64,000 nucleotides of DNA. Source: Candidatus Zixiibacteriota bacterium (GTDB taxonomy: Bacteria; Zixibacteria; MSB-5A5; UBA10806; 4484-95). Positions 41,082 to 51,739 of the stretch are shown here, in pieces (position 1 is the first letter of the stretch; each line of letters begins with the position of its first letter). The notes beneath the pieces were generated by a model. That model was not told the DNA's origin, ran no database searches, and was given only the letters and a program-made list of their open reading frames with translations. Location of the stretch: positions 94,974 through 158,973 of the forward strand of contig JBBIRK010000004.1 in NCBI GenBank assembly GCA_037441845.1. Direction: 5' to 3'. The position numbers and the translations under genes were made by a program.

Positions 41082-41104
41082 CCCCGCAAGACGGGGATTT
41101 TTTT
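41082..41104 (+). terminator. Riboswitch expression-platform terminator
   Basis: CCCCG-caaga-CGGGG then ATTTTTTT abutting ATG 41105. Confidence 0.7.
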
Positions 41105-42175
41105 ATGAATCATACAGCCGAAGATGAAAAATATATGTCGCTTGCCATCCGTGAGGCGGTCAAAGGACTCGGCAAGACTTCACCTAATCCCGCCGTAGGC
41201 TGCGTTATCGTTAAGGCAGACAAGATCATCGCCCGCAGCTACCACCATCGGGCAGGCGAGGCCCATGCTGAACCGCTTGCGCTTGCCAAAGCTGGCAAAG
41301 CCGCGGTCGGTGCCACCATGTATATTACGCTCGAACCGTGCAATTTTTTCGGCCGCACGCCCCCTTGTACGAGAGCCATAATCAAAAGCGGGCTGAAAAA
41401 AGTCGTGGTGGGGACCATCGATCCCAACTCCAAAGTAAACGCAAAGGGACTTGCTGAGTTGACCCGCGCCGGCATCGCCACTCGTGTCGGCGTTCTCGAA
41501 AATAAATGCAAAGAAATCATAAAACCTTACGCTAAGTATATAACCACGGGCTTGCCGTATGTCACGGTCAAGTATGCGCAGAGCCTCGATGGCCGGATCG
41601 CCACATCCACCGGATCGTCGCGCTGGATTTCATCGCCGGAGTCGCTGAAATTCGCGCATCGGCTTAGGGCGACACATGACGCCGTCCTTATCGGAGCCGG
41701 AACGGCCAATAACGACGACCCATTGCTGACAGTGCGTCATGTGCGGGGGCGGAATCCGATTCGAGTGATTTTGTCGGGTTCTGGCAAATTAAGGAAAAAT
41801 CTGAAAATTTTCCGCTCGAATGAAGCCCGCACGATAGTTGCCACTTCAAGTAATCACAAATTCCCATCCGGCGTGGAAGTATTAAAATTATCCTCCGGAT
41901 CCAAAGGTGTCGATTTACTATCGCTCTTGCGAAAACTGGCTGAAGTCGGCATCACGTCGATTCTTGTCGAAGGTGGAGCGGACGTGATTACTAGGCTGCT
42001 TGACGCCCGACTTGTCGATCGATTGATTTGCGTGACTTGCCCCATAATCATCGGCGAGGGGATTTCGGCCGTGGGAAAGTTGGGTGTAAAAACGATTGCC
42101 GAATCTTTGAAACTGAAGAATGTGGTATTCAAGAGACTCGGTAACGACATGGCCCTGATAGGTGATCTGAAATAA
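41105..42175 (+). CDS. ribD: Riboflavin deaminase/reductase RibD
   Basis: SPNPAVG, HAE, TLEPC...TPPC, SLDGRIA and VEGG. True start is ATG 41105 because the track start lies inside the riboswitch. Confidence 0.95.
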   Translation: MNHTAEDEKYMSLAIREAVKGLGKTSPNPAVGCVIVKADKIIARSYHHRAGEAHAEPLALAKAGKAAVGATMYITLEPCNFFGRTPPCTRAIIKSGLKKVVVGTIDPNSKVNAKGLAELTRAGIATRVGVLENKCKEIIKPYAKYITTGLPYVTVKYAQSLDGRIATSTGSSRWISSPESLKFAHRLRATHDAVLIGAGTANNDDPLLTVRHVRGRNPIRVILSGSGKLRKNLKIFRSNEARTIVATSSNHKFPSGVEVLKLSSGSKGVDLLSLLRKLAEVGITSILVEGGADVITRLLDARLVDRLICVTCPIIIGEGISAVGKLGVKTIAESLKLKNVVFKRLGNDMALIGDLK

Positions 42176-42810
42176 TGTTTACCGGATTGATTAGAGAGTT
42201 GGGTCTGATTCGAGGGATTCGTCCCGAAAGCTCCGGAGCGGTTTTATCGATAGGCGCCGAGATTGCCGACACTCTTTCCCGAGGTGCAAGCGTAAATATC
42301 AATGGCGCCTGCCAAACCGTCATCGCAAAAAGCGGAAAAACGTTCGAGGTATTCGCCACGGCCGAAACCCTGCAAAGAACTAATTTCGTTTATCTGCGTG
42401 TAGGGGATAGGGTCAATCTCGAGCCGCCGCTTTCGCTTGATTCTCCGCTCGGCGGGCACCTTGTTCTCGGGCATATCGATGGCCCCGGGCGCATAGTCGA
42501 TTTTATAAGAGAAGGCCAGGCGGCCGTGATTACGATCGGATTCGCGCCGGAATACGGAAGATATCTGGTGGAAAAAGGGTCGGTCGCCGTCGACGGTATA
42601 AGCCTTACCTGTTATGATATAACCGTTGATACTTTCCGTGCGGCGCTGATTCCGGAAACGATCGAAAATACGAATCTTAGATATAGGCAACCCGGCCAGA
42701 TAGTCAATCTTGAATTCGACTTGCTGGCTAAATATGTCGAAAAAATGACCGTTCCGAAACGAAACGCAATAGATTGGGAGTTTCTGCGGGAACACGGTTT
42801 TGAGAGGTAA
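42175..42810 (+). CDS. ribE: Riboflavin synthase
   Basis: [21 protein letters not shown] and [12 protein letters not shown]. Confidence 0.95.
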   Translation: MFTGLIRELGLIRGIRPESSGAVLSIGAEIADTLSRGASVNINGACQTVIAKSGKTFEVFATAETLQRTNFVYLRVGDRVNLEPPLSLDSPLGGHLVLGHIDGPGRIVDFIREGQAAVITIGFAPEYGRYLVEKGSVAVDGISLTCYDITVDTFRAALIPETIENTNLRYRQPGQIVNLEFDLLAKYVEKMTVPKRNAIDWEFLREHGFER

Positions 42811-42812
42811 TT

Positions 42813-44048
42813 ATGGCTCAATTTGACAAAATCGAAGACGCAATCGAAGATATTAGGCAAGGCAAAATAGTGATCGTCTGCGACGACGAGGACAGGGAAA
42901 ACGAGGGCGATATGGTCATGGCCGCCGAGAAGATAACTCCTGAGGCCGTGAATTTCATCAGTAAGCATGCCCGAGGTTTGCTCTGCGTCCCTTTGCCCAT
43001 GGAAAGACTTCGCGAATTACAGCTCGATCAGATGGTGACGGTCAACACCGCCAAAATGGGCACCAGATTCACCGTCTCGGTCGATTATTTGATCGGCACA
43101 ACCACCGGTATTTCTGCTTATGACCGAGCGAAAACCATAAAAGCCCTCACCGATAGAAACACCAAACCGGCGGATCTCGGCCGTCCGGGGCATATATTCC
43201 CCATCCAAGCCCGTGAGGGGGGAGTGCTGGCGCGGGCCGGTCATACTGAGGCGTCGGTCGATCTTTGCCGTCTGGCGGGATTGAATCCTTATGGCGTCCT
43301 CTGTGAGATTTTGGACGACGACGGCACCATGGCCAGAGTGCCGCGCCTTTTCGAAATGGCCGCCGAATTCAACCTGAAAATAGTGACCGTGCAGGATTTG
43401 ATCGCTTATCGCCGGCGTCATGAAGTGTTGGTGCGGAGGGCGGTCACCGTTGATTTTCCGACGAAACACGGCAATTTCACGCTTCACCTTTATGAAAGCA
43501 CTATCGATGATCATCATCATCTGGCGATACAGAAGGGCGAAGTCAAGGGGAAGGAAAACGTTTTGGTCAGGGTTCACTCGTCATGCCTGACCGGCGACGT
43601 GTTCGGCTCCTGTCGCTGCGATTGCGGTGAGCAGCTCGCCCAGTCATTGGATATGATCGAAAAAGCCGGGACCGGGGTCGTATTATATATGCGTCAGGAG
43701 GGGAGGGGTATCGGATTGGCCAACAAGATCAAGGCATATAAACTTCAGGATCAGGGCAAGGATACGGTCGAGGCGAATGTCGAACTCGGTTTTCCCCCGG
43801 ACTTGCGCGATTATGGTATCGGCGCGCAGATTCTGGCCGACCTCGGCCTTTCCACGATCAGATTGATCACCAACAATCCCAAGAAAGTTGTCGGGTTATC
43901 CGGTTACGGGCTGACCGTAGTTGATAGGGTCCCGATGAAAATCGCTCCTAATCGTTATAACGCCCGCTATCTCGAAACCAAGCGGGACAAGCTCGGGCAT
44001 TTGCTCGATATTTCGCCGACATTAAGATCATGCAAAGAAGGGAAGTGA
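42813..44048 (+). CDS. ribBA: Bifunctional DHBP synthase / GTP cyclohydrolase II
   Basis: [32 protein letters not shown] and CRCDCG. Confidence 0.96.
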   Translation: MAQFDKIEDAIEDIRQGKIVIVCDDEDRENEGDMVMAAEKITPEAVNFISKHARGLLCVPLPMERLRELQLDQMVTVNTAKMGTRFTVSVDYLIGTTTGISAYDRAKTIKALTDRNTKPADLGRPGHIFPIQAREGGVLARAGHTEASVDLCRLAGLNPYGVLCEILDDDGTMARVPRLFEMAAEFNLKIVTVQDLIAYRRRHEVLVRRAVTVDFPTKHGNFTLHLYESTIDDHHHLAIQKGEVKGKENVLVRVHSSCLTGDVFGSCRCDCGEQLAQSLDMIEKAGTGVVLYMRQEGRGIGLANKIKAYKLQDQGKDTVEANVELGFPPDLRDYGIGAQILADLGLSTIRLITNNPKKVVGLSGYGLTVVDRVPMKIAPNRYNARYLETKRDKLGHLLDISPTLRSCKEGK

Positions 44049-44049
44049 T

Positions 44050-44508
44050 ATGGAAATCAACGGTTCACTTGATGCAAGCGGGCATAAGTACGCTATCGTG
44101 GTAGCCAGATTCAACGAGATGTTCTCGCAGAAATTGCTGGATGGGGCGATAGATTGCTTAAAGCGCCATGGCGCCGAAGAGAAGAACATCACGATCGTCA
44201 GAGTTCCGGGTTCGTTCGAAATCCCGTATGTTGCCGCCCGCTTGGCTAAGTCGAAAAAATACGACTCCGTGATTTGTCTCGGCGTGGTTATCCGCGGAAG
44301 CACTCCTCATTACGAATATATTTCGAGTGAAGTGGCAAAAGGCATCGCGCGCCTTTCGCTCGAATATGAATTGCCCGTCGTTTTCGGCATAGTCACCGCC
44401 GATTCGATCGAGCAGGCGATCGAGCGCTCGGGCTCCAAGTCCGGCAATCGCGGTTTCAACGCCGCCATGACCGCAATCGAGCTGGTGAATTTGTATAAGG
44501 CGATTTAG
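44050..44508 (+). CDS. ribH: 6,7-dimethyl-8-ribityllumazine synthase
   Basis: [12 protein letters not shown] and IRGSTPHY. Confidence 0.96.
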   Translation: MEINGSLDASGHKYAIVVARFNEMFSQKLLDGAIDCLKRHGAEEKNITIVRVPGSFEIPYVAARLAKSKKYDSVICLGVVIRGSTPHYEYISSEVAKGIARLSLEYELPVVFGIVTADSIEQAIERSGSKSGNRGFNAAMTAIELVNLYKAI

Positions 44509-44511
44509 TCG

Positions 44512-44928
44512 ATGGGCCAAAGGCATAAGGCACGCTGCGTCGCCCTCGAAGTGTTATATTCGATAGATGCCGGCGGAAAGGACAATGTCGACGAGAGTTT
44601 CGCTTTTTGCGCGGCGTCCCATCGTCTTCCCTCCGAAAGCGCCGAATTCGCCAAACGCCTGATAGACATCGTGCGCAGCAATATGCCCGAGATAGATGGA
44701 GTGATACGGAAAATTCTGCAGAATTGGGATTTTTCGCGGCTTGCCATCGTCGATAAAAACATCTTGCGATTGGGTATTGCGGAAATCAAATATGTTCCGG
44801 AAACGCCGATAAAAGTTGCAATTGACGAAGCTATCGAGCTTGCCAAAAAATACGGTTCCGCCGATTCCGGCCGATTCGTAAACGGGGTGCTCGATGCCGC
44901 CGGAAACGCCGATGCAATCGGTGGTTGA
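44512..44928 (+). CDS. nusB: Transcription antitermination factor NusB
   Basis: [23 protein letters not shown] and FVNGVLD. Confidence 0.95.
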   Translation: MGQRHKARCVALEVLYSIDAGGKDNVDESFAFCAASHRLPSESAEFAKRLIDIVRSNMPEIDGVIRKILQNWDFSRLAIVDKNILRLGIAEIKYVPETPIKVAIDEAIELAKKYGSADSGRFVNGVLDAAGNADAIGG

Positions 44929-44977
44929 CAATGACGCGGCTTTGCCTTAATTCGTCGATTAATGAACGGAGAAATGA

Positions 44978-45730
44978 ATGCCCGCCGATAAGCGATTGAA
45001 AGAAGAAATCGAAGCATTCGACGACGCGGCCGCTTATGATGAGTTGATGGCCCGGCCGTACACCCGACGGCTGAAAGAAGAAATAGCCGACTACCTCGGC
45101 AGGATCGACTTGAAAAACGCCGTGATTCTCGAGCTGGGCTGCGGCGTCTCCGAACACGCGGGGATGTTCAAACGAAAAAATTTTATGGTGCTTACGGACA
45201 TTACTTTGAGTTTGCTGAAAAGAAACGATCCCGACTGCGGCAGGCTTGTCTGCGATGCCCAAGTTCTGCCGTTCAAAGACAATAGCTGCGATTTCATTAT
45301 ATATCTCGGGATATTGCACCATTTGCCGGATCAACTGGCTTCTCTTAAAGAGTCGGCGCGCATTCTCAAGCCGGGGGGACGGATCTTCATACAAGAGCCT
45401 CATCGTATGAGCCTCAATTTCATTTATTATTACGGTCGGAGGCTGTTCATGAGATTGCTCGGCGTCAAGAACGTAAAAAGACTGATAGGCTGTTTCTCTC
45501 CCGACGAATGGCAGCTTGATGTCAAGGCCGTCAAAAAAGCGTTCGCCTCCGATTTTGCGCTCAAAAGTTGGACGATACTTTCTTTCCGTCTGCCTCCGTT
45601 CCGCTTGTTCAAAAATTCCGCGCTGGACGTGAAATTGTCTCGTATTTTCGATCGATTGCCGGTTTTCAGGAAGATCGGAACCACCATATTCTATGAGATC
45701 ACCAAGAGGAAACCCGATGAAGTTGTATAA
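44978..45730 (+). CDS. Class I SAM-dependent methyltransferase
   Basis: ILELGCG, DAQVLPF, LHHL and RILKPGG. Confidence 0.88.
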   Translation: MPADKRLKEEIEAFDDAAAYDELMARPYTRRLKEEIADYLGRIDLKNAVILELGCGVSEHAGMFKRKNFMVLTDITLSLLKRNDPDCGRLVCDAQVLPFKDNSCDFIIYLGILHHLPDQLASLKESARILKPGGRIFIQEPHRMSLNFIYYYGRRLFMRLLGVKNVKRLIGCFSPDEWQLDVKAVKKAFASDFALKSWTILSFRLPPFRLFKNSALDVKLSRIFDRLPVFRKIGTTIFYEITKRKPDEVV

Positions 45731-48143
45731 AGATAAGTTGCTTTTTACAGCAGGACTGTTTTCCGGGCTTTTCAGTTTCATAATCTACCTGTTCACCAAA
45801 GCGCCCACGGTTTCGTTTTGGGATTGCGGGGAGTTTATCGCCTGCTCGAATATTCTGGGCGTTCCTCATCCGCCGGGAGCGCCGCTGTTCGTGTTGTTGG
45901 GCCGTTTTTTCATAATCCTGCCCTTGCCGTTCAGCGCCGCCGTAAGCGTGAACTTCATCAGCGTCTTGGCATCGGCGGCCGCCGTTTACGTCGCCTATTG
46001 GCTCATAATCAGAATGATCGTCGGTTTCGAGATAAGACAGCTTACCCTGTATCGTCGAATCGCCCTGGCGATCGGCGGTCTTGCCGGCAGCCTTATAATG
46101 GCGTTTTCATCGACTTATTGGGACAATTCGATCGAAGCCGAGGTTTATGGCGCCGCGATGTTTCTCATGCTTTCGCTTTGTTATCTGTTATTGATTTGGT
46201 CGAACCGGATCGGTAAGCCGGGTTCGGGCCGTTATCTGGTGCTGATTTCGTATCTGTCTTTTCTGTCTATCGGATTTCATCTGACGACGTTTCTGGTCAT
46301 GCCGGTATTTATCGCCTATATGGCGTTGAAGGACAAAAATCTGCTGACCGATTATCGATTCTGGGTTGTCTGGATTACTTTACTGATGATCGTATTTTCC
46401 TTTAACCTGTTTTTCTATGGCATGATCGTTCTTTTGATCGTTCTCGGCGTCGCCGCGTTTTCCAAAACCCGACAGCCCTATCGCTGGGCGCTGGCGTTTG
46501 CGGTCGTCGCCGCGGCGGCAGCAGGTTATTCGACCCATCTCTATATACCGATAAGAGCGGCCGAAAAGCCGGCGATAAACGAAAATAATCCCTCCAATTG
46601 GAGCCGTTTCAAGTACTTCCTCGAACGCAAACAATACGGTCAGGAATCGATGATATCCCGGGCGATGACACGGCGGGGAAGCTGGGCGAATCAATTCGGC
46701 ACCAAAGAGAGGATGGGCTTGTGGGGATTTTTCCATAAGCAATATTCATATCCGAGTCTGGCGTTCATATTCTTCGCATTCGGTTTATGGGGTATCTATT
46801 CGGCATTCAAACGCAATTGGATCGACGGCGGATGGCTGTCCTCGCTGCTATTTCTATCTACCGTAGGCTTGCTTTTTTATCTTAATTTTTCCGATGGAAC
46901 CCGGGGGGCGCAGCTGGAGGTAAGGGACCGCGATTATTTCTATACTCCGGGATTCATGTTTTTCGCCGTCTTTATAGGGATCGGAATAGGCTCCCTGTTA
47001 AGCGATATCGCCGAGCGCTTGATGAATCTCGGTTTCGGGAAAATAGCGATGGCGGCGGTTGCTGCTTTTGCGCTGTTGATGCCGGTGCATTCGCTGCAGG
47101 CGAATTACGCCGAACATGATCGATCGGATAACTGGATCCCTTGGGATTACGCCTACAATATATTGAATTCGGTGGATAAAGACGGCATAATTTTCACCAA
47201 CGGCGACAACGATACGTTTCCGCTCTGGTTTCTGCAGGAAGTCGAGCAGATCAGGCGGGATGTTAGAGTGGTGAATTTGAGTCTTTTGAATACTCCCTGG
47301 TACATTCATCAGCTAAAAGAGCAGATGGGCGTGCCGATTACTCTCAACTACGATCAAATCGAGCGGCTTATTCCGCGGTGGCTTCCGGATAAGCAAAAAC
47401 TGTGGCGCGTCCAGGACGAGATGGTTCTGCATATACTGAAAGCCAACAACGGCAGGTTCCCGATATTTTTCGCGCTTACTGTCGCCGAGGAGAACCGATT
47501 GGGCATGGAAGAGAATTTCGTCATGGAGGGTATGGCTTATCGGGTGGTGGCAAGCAAAGGCAAAGGGCGGGTGAACACCGAACTCGCCTGGCAAAGGTAT
47601 ATGGAGACGTTTCGTTATCGCGGCTTGGGTGATTCGACCGTACACAAGACCGAAAACGATATCCGTTTGGTTGCCAATTATGTGTCAGGATTCATGCAGC
47701 TTGCCGATACTCTAAAAAGAGCAGGTGACCTCGAGAGAGCGATAATGGCCATGAAAAAGGCGATCTCCATTTTTCCCGACGAATGGCGTTCGCGGGCTTA
47801 TACCGCCGGCCTGTATGCGCTGGCCGGCATGCCGGATAGCATCGATCGGCTTATCGATAACCTCTCAGTCGATAACAAGGAAAAAGTTTTCATTAACGCC
47901 GCCCAGGAATTGATGGTAAGGCAAGATTATTCGGGCGCCCGGCCCTATCTGTATCGGGCGTTGGAGGTCAATCCCACCTCGGAGATGGCTTTTAGAAATC
48001 TGCTATATGCCGAAAAATTCGCGGGAAATCCCGCGGCGTTCGACAGCTTGGCCTCGGTCGCAAGAGAAAAATTCAAAGACAATCGAACCTCTTTGGCCAA
48101 TATCGAAAATACGATCCGCAGCCTCCAAGGCATTCGCAATTGA
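45717..48143 (+). CDS. DUF2723 membrane protein (TMEM260-like GT-C glycosyltransferase) with C-terminal TPR
   Basis: APTVSFWDCGEFI...GVPHPPGAPLF, EAEVY, R.RDYF, FTNGDNDTFPLW and DVRVVNLSLL; many TM helices. Confidence 0.88.
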   Translation: MKLYKDKLLFTAGLFSGLFSFIIYLFTKAPTVSFWDCGEFIACSNILGVPHPPGAPLFVLLGRFFIILPLPFSAAVSVNFISVLASAAAVYVAYWLIIRMIVGFEIRQLTLYRRIALAIGGLAGSLIMAFSSTYWDNSIEAEVYGAAMFLMLSLCYLLLIWSNRIGKPGSGRYLVLISYLSFLSIGFHLTTFLVMPVFIAYMALKDKNLLTDYRFWVVWITLLMIVFSFNLFFYGMIVLLIVLGVAAFSKTRQPYRWALAFAVVAAAAAGYSTHLYIPIRAAEKPAINENNPSNWSRFKYFLERKQYGQESMISRAMTRRGSWANQFGTKERMGLWGFFHKQYSYPSLAFIFFAFGLWGIYSAFKRNWIDGGWLSSLLFLSTVGLLFYLNFSDGTRGAQLEVRDRDYFYTPGFMFFAVFIGIGIGSLLSDIAERLMNLGFGKIAMAAVAAFALLMPVHSLQANYAEHDRSDNWIPWDYAYNILNSVDKDGIIFTNGDNDTFPLWFLQEVEQIRRDVRVVNLSLLNTPWYIHQLKEQMGVPITLNYDQIERLIPRWLPDKQKLWRVQDEMVLHILKANNGRFPIFFALTVAEENRLGMEENFVMEGMAYRVVASKGKGRVNTELAWQRYMETFRYRGLGDSTVHKTENDIRLVANYVSGFMQLADTLKRAGDLERAIMAMKKAISIFPDEWRSRAYTAGLYALAGMPDSIDRLIDNLSVDNKEKVFINAAQELMVRQDYSGARPYLYRALEVNPTSEMAFRNLLYAEKFAGNPAAFDSLASVAREKFKDNRTSLANIENTIRSLQGIRN

Positions 48144-48144
48144 T

Positions 48145-49263
48145 ATGGCCCGAATCCTTGCATTGAATTGGCAAGACTTGAAGCATCCGGCCGCCGGAGG
48201 CGCCGAAGTTCACCTTGAATTTATTTTGCAGAGGCTGGTGAAACGCGGCCATGAGGTGGATCTTCTGTGCTGCAATTTCCCTGGCGGCCTTCCCGAGGAG
48301 ACGGTAAACGGCGTACGAATAATCCGCCGCGGTTCACGTCCCTTCTTTAATTGGATCGTTCCGCCGGTGTTCCGGGCGCTGATAAAGGCGAAAAAATACG
48401 ATATCGTTTTCGAGGATATCAACAAGATCCCTTTCTATACGCCGCTTTATCACCGGCTGCCGATGCTGGTTATTATTCCGCATCTTTTCTCGGATTCGAT
48501 ATTCAAAGAGATAAACGCGGTGCTCGGGGCTTATATCTATCTTGCCGAAAGGCCTTTCTCTTTGATCTATCGCAAAAAGCCGATGATGGTCATTTCGGAA
48601 TCGACGGCTGAGGAAATGTATGCGCGGGGGATAAAACGCGAGCTGGTGCATATAGTAAAATGCGGAATCGATCATTCGGTTTATTGTCCGGCGCCCGATG
48701 TCCCCAAGTATGAACAACCGACTTTCGCTTATGTCGGGAGAATCAAACGCTACAAATGTATCGATTTGGCGATCAAAGCGCTGCCCTCGATAAGACAAGC
48801 GATCCCCGAAGCGCGCTTGATGGTGGTGGGAACGGGCGATTACCTCGATGATTTGAAGTCGTTGGCCGCTGATTTGAAGATGGAAAAGCATATCGAATTC
48901 ACCGGTTTCGTTTCCGAGGAGAAAAAAGTGGAAATCATGCGTCGCGCCCATCTGTTGGTTTATCCATCGTTGAAAGAGGGCTGGGGCCTGACCAATATCG
49001 AGGCCAATGCCTGCGGAACGCCGGTGCTCGCCTCACGCGTCCCAGGATTGCGGGATTCGGTCGACGAAGGGGTTTCGGGATTGCTTTTCGAACGAGACGA
49101 CCTTGCCGAGTTTACGGCCAAAATAACCGCCATTCTGGGCGATAAACAGCTCAGGGAAAAGCTCGAAAAAGGTGCTATCTCTCATGCGGCCAAATTTTCG
49201 TGGGATAAAACGGCCGAACTCTGCGAGGAGATAGTATTCAAGATTCTGGGCGGTCGGGGATGA
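48145..49263 (+). CDS. Glycosyltransferase family 4
   Basis: HPAAGGAE, VGRIKRYK and EGWGLTNIEANACGTP. Start at ATG 48145. Confidence 0.9.
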   Translation: MARILALNWQDLKHPAAGGAEVHLEFILQRLVKRGHEVDLLCCNFPGGLPEETVNGVRIIRRGSRPFFNWIVPPVFRALIKAKKYDIVFEDINKIPFYTPLYHRLPMLVIIPHLFSDSIFKEINAVLGAYIYLAERPFSLIYRKKPMMVISESTAEEMYARGIKRELVHIVKCGIDHSVYCPAPDVPKYEQPTFAYVGRIKRYKCIDLAIKALPSIRQAIPEARLMVVGTGDYLDDLKSLAADLKMEKHIEFTGFVSEEKKVEIMRRAHLLVYPSLKEGWGLTNIEANACGTPVLASRVPGLRDSVDEGVSGLLFERDDLAEFTAKITAILGDKQLREKLEKGAISHAAKFSWDKTAELCEEIVFKILGGRG

Positions 49264-50261
49264 GATTCAACTGGCGATTCGTTCTCGGATTGTCGATCAG
49301 CGCAGGTTTCATAATATATGCGGTGATTCATGTCGATTTTGCTCAACTTATTCAAGTTCTGGGCGGTGCATCGTACGTATGGACATTGCCGATGATGATC
49401 TCGGTTATGCTGACGATGTGGATCCGGGCGGTTCGCTGGCAAAAGCTGGTCGAGCCGATTCAACGGCTGCCCGTATCGACGCTGTTTTCATCGGTGATGA
49501 TCGGATTCATGGCCAATAATGTCCTGCCCGCGAGGGTCGGCGAAGTCATCAGGGCCATTTCTCTTTCCCAAAAACATAAACTCAGCAGATCTTCCATAAT
49601 AGCCACGGTGGTCGCCGAAAGAGCGTTCGACAGTCTTGGTCTGCTTACCGTATTCCTGTTCTCCCTGCTTTTCGTCGATTATCCGGCCAATCTAAAAGAA
49701 GTAGGGGCATTCATACTTTTGGCGAGCATCCTGATGCTTTTTTTTCTTTATCTGCTGAAAACCAGAACCGATCTGGCGGTGAAATTGATTTGTCGACCGG
49801 CGGCTGTTTTTTCGGTGGTGATCGCCGCCAAAATAGAGTCGGTTTTGCGTAAATTCAGCGTGGGGCTGACTATTCTTACCGATCCGTTATTGATTCTGGC
49901 GGTGTTTTTATACTCGGTATTGTTATGGGCATTCACGGGGATTTCCGGGTATCTGATTTTTATCGCGTTTGACCTGTATCCCGTCGTCTGGGCTGCTTAT
50001 ATAGTGTTGTTCGTAACCGTGTTGGCGGTGACTTTGCCGTCATCGCCGGGCTATATCGGCACTTTTCACGGCGCTTGCGTTATCGCTTTCAATTTGATAA
50101 ATTCGTTGGGAATGTTTAATCATGAAGTTTCTAAATCAACGGCTTTATCGTATTCGATATTGCTGTGGTCGTGCCAATTTTTCCCGGTAACTTTGGTCGG
50201 ATTGTATTATTTGAAAAAAGAACACCTGAAACTTAAGGATATGGAAAAATCCGGGATGTAA
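49260..50261 (+). CDS. Lysylphosphatidylglycerol-synthase TM domain (flippase-like, UPF0104) protein
   Basis: RAVRW, NNVLPARVGE, ERAFD and PSSPGYIG; polytopic membrane protein. Confidence 0.88.
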   Translation: MRFNWRFVLGLSISAGFIIYAVIHVDFAQLIQVLGGASYVWTLPMMISVMLTMWIRAVRWQKLVEPIQRLPVSTLFSSVMIGFMANNVLPARVGEVIRAISLSQKHKLSRSSIIATVVAERAFDSLGLLTVFLFSLLFVDYPANLKEVGAFILLASILMLFFLYLLKTRTDLAVKLICRPAAVFSVVIAAKIESVLRKFSVGLTILTDPLLILAVFLYSVLLWAFTGISGYLIFIAFDLYPVVWAAYIVLFVTVLAVTLPSSPGYIGTFHGACVIAFNLINSLGMFNHEVSKSTALSYSILLWSCQFFPVTLVGLYYLKKEHLKLKDMEKSGM

Positions 50262-50328
50262 TTCATCAGCAAGCCGTCACCAGCAAGCGGCAGGAAAATT
50301 CAAAATCGAGAAAATCAAGGCAACCAAA

Positions 50329-51603
50329 ATGGAAAATGAAGAACAATACGGGAGACCGCGGATAAAAAGAAAACCGTTCGGCCAGCCCGCTGAACCCCAA
50401 CAAGATGCAGCCACCCCGTCAACCGCCGAACCGATATCGCAAGGGGATGCGCCGCAACCGGAAACGACTGCGCCCGAGAAACAAGCGGAGGAATCCGCCG
50501 CCGTTCAATCCCAAATAAAACCGAGCAGGCCGGAAAGAACTGATAGATCGGAACGCAGACAAGATAGAAGACCGCGCCGAACATCCGAGCCCAGGCGCGA
50601 TAGACAGAGCTCGATGCGGCCGACCATGCGGCAGGAAAGACCGGCATATGAAAAATCGACGCGCGGCCCTCGCATGGTTCAACGGAGTGAAAACGTCAAA
50701 CTCAGCGTGGTAATCCCCGCTTACAACGAAGAAGGTAACGTGATTCCGCTGCTGGAGCAATTCAAGGCGTTCTTTTCCAGCTTGCCTTATCGCGCGGAAA
50801 TGATTCTGGTTGATGATGGATCGACTGACAAAACACCGCAAAGACTGCGCGAGGCGCAATTGCAATACCCCTGGCTGAAAGTATATACTCATCGAATAAA
50901 TCTGGGCCTTACGGCCGCACTCGAAACCGGTATATCGAAGGCCGGTGGAAACATAATTTGTTTTTATCCTGCGGATCTTCAGTATCATGCCTCGGATATA
51001 GGCAAAATGGTGGCCAAAATCGATGCCGGCTGTGATGTCGTAACCGGCAGGAAACAGGGAAATTACGGCATCAAGAGTATCGCCTCGTTTATTTATAACT
51101 GGCTCTCGCGGCGGCTGTTCAAGGTAAAAGTCCACGATCTTAATTCGGTCAAAGCCTTCAAAAAGGAGGTCGCCGACTGTTTCATTTATCGGCGCGGCTG
51201 GCATCGTTACATGATAGTAATGGCCGCCGGGGCCGGCTATAAGATAGAGGAAATCCCCGTAAAATTATATCCTCGAAGAAGCGGCAAATCCAAATTCGGA
51301 ATCTGGCGATTACCCGCCGGTTTGCTCGATTTGATCAGCGTCAAACTGCAACTGTCTTTTTCGACCAAGCCGCTGTTGCTGTTCGGTTCGGCGGGCATGA
51401 TAGCTGTCATTCTCGGTTTTTTGGTAGGACTTGTGGCGCTATACCTTAGATTCATCGAACATTCCGGATTCCGTCCCTTATTGTATCTGGTGATTTTGCT
51501 CATAGTGTCAGGCTTGTTGCTGTTTTTCGGTGGATTTTTAGGCGAACTGATCGTTTCTGTAAGAGAAGAGATCCGGCGTTCCAAAGAGCCCAAAAATTCT
51601 TGA
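50329..51603 (+). CDS. GT2 polyprenol-phosphate glycosyltransferase (DPM/ArnC-like) with long N-terminal low-complexity extension
   Basis: VVIPAYNE, VDDGSTD, ADLQ, HDLN..KAF and R..GKSKF; two C-terminal TM helices. Confidence 0.85.
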   Translation: MENEEQYGRPRIKRKPFGQPAEPQQDAATPSTAEPISQGDAPQPETTAPEKQAEESAAVQSQIKPSRPERTDRSERRQDRRPRRTSEPRRDRQSSMRPTMRQERPAYEKSTRGPRMVQRSENVKLSVVIPAYNEEGNVIPLLEQFKAFFSSLPYRAEMILVDDGSTDKTPQRLREAQLQYPWLKVYTHRINLGLTAALETGISKAGGNIICFYPADLQYHASDIGKMVAKIDAGCDVVTGRKQGNYGIKSIASFIYNWLSRRLFKVKVHDLNSVKAFKKEVADCFIYRRGWHRYMIVMAAGAGYKIEEIPVKLYPRRSGKSKFGIWRLPAGLLDLISVKLQLSFSTKPLLLFGSAGMIAVILGFLVGLVALYLRFIEHSGFRPLLYLVILLIVSGLLLFFGGFLGELIVSVREEIRRSKEPKNS

Positions 51604-51739
51604 ACGTATTTTCGAGGCTGCCGATGCCCGGTTCGATACCGACCGGAGAAAAATATGAAGGCAGCCATGATCCCGAAGGCGGCTATCAGAGCGCCCGACG
51701 CTTGATTAAGTGCCGTCGGATCGCGCGGGCCGTGCAGCT

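Noticed and set aside
41042..41104. N-terminal extensions in the ORF track (ribD here; also 24266, 48007, 52519, 56277, 61387)
   Set aside because: They overlap the riboswitch, promoters or upstream genes; downstream ATGs with SD or stop-start coupling fit better.
44831..45781. 316-aa minus-strand ORF and other long antisense ORFs throughout the window
   Set aside because: They mirror well-supported + strand genes and have no recognisable domains.
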